Made by a program: the position numbers and the translations under genes
Assembly: GCA_020891255.1 (NCBI GenBank)
Contig: BQFW01000002.1
Coordinates: forward strand, 3,658,001 to 3,722,000
From: Entomortierella parvispora E1425
Lineage: Eukaryota; Fungi; Mortierellomycota
Direction: 5' to 3'
DNA: 64,000 nt
The notes under the pieces: generated by a model
What the model saw: only the letters and a program-made list of their open reading frames with translations
The model's database searches: none
What the model was told of the DNA's origin: nothing
Shown: positions 63,817 through 64,000 of the stretch, in pieces
How the letters are laid out: the number at the start of each line of letters is the position of its first letter
Numbering within the stretch: position 1 is the first letter of the stretch

Positions 63817-64000
63817 TGGCTTCTGGAACTGAATGCTAGATCCACTGGATGCAAGCAGAGCAAATGGAGGAAGCGGAGAGGAGTGGACGAAGAAGAAAAG
63901 AAGGAGTTGGTGGGACTTCGGCTCTGTTTTGTTTTTTTTGACTTTGACGCGAACAGGGGGGCAGACACTTGATTAAGGGTACATTTTGCTGTGGGAGACC

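Overview
Eukaryotic fungal DNA with short GT-AG introns and long A/T homopolymers. The gene families suggest Mortierellaceae or a related Mucoromycota lineage, which is an inference. Gene order: an edge-truncated low-complexity ORF; a tandem array of F-box/LRR paralogues (two full length, one lacking the F-box, one orphan exon); an MBOAT acyltransferase; CCDC47-like; nitronate monooxygenase; Nudix CoA pyrophosphatase; LONRF-type RING E3; an EH + 2xSPRY protein with a 16-aa tandem repeat; a membrane hybrid histidine kinase; an accessory island (about 39.4-50.9 kb); AMP deaminase; a GPI-anchored 8-Cys protein; USP16/45-like; and HELLS/LSH-like helicase. The island is the most unusual part. A nuclease-fold-like gene is tandemly duplicated (one intact 4-exon copy, one pseudogene) together with the bidirectional RPT6 promoter, its PACE-like motif and an exact 54-nt piece of RPT6 coding sequence. 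RPT6, a LINE relic and a 73-nt tRNA-like element follow. Gene models were spliced by hand, and family calls come from motif recognition rather than database searches.
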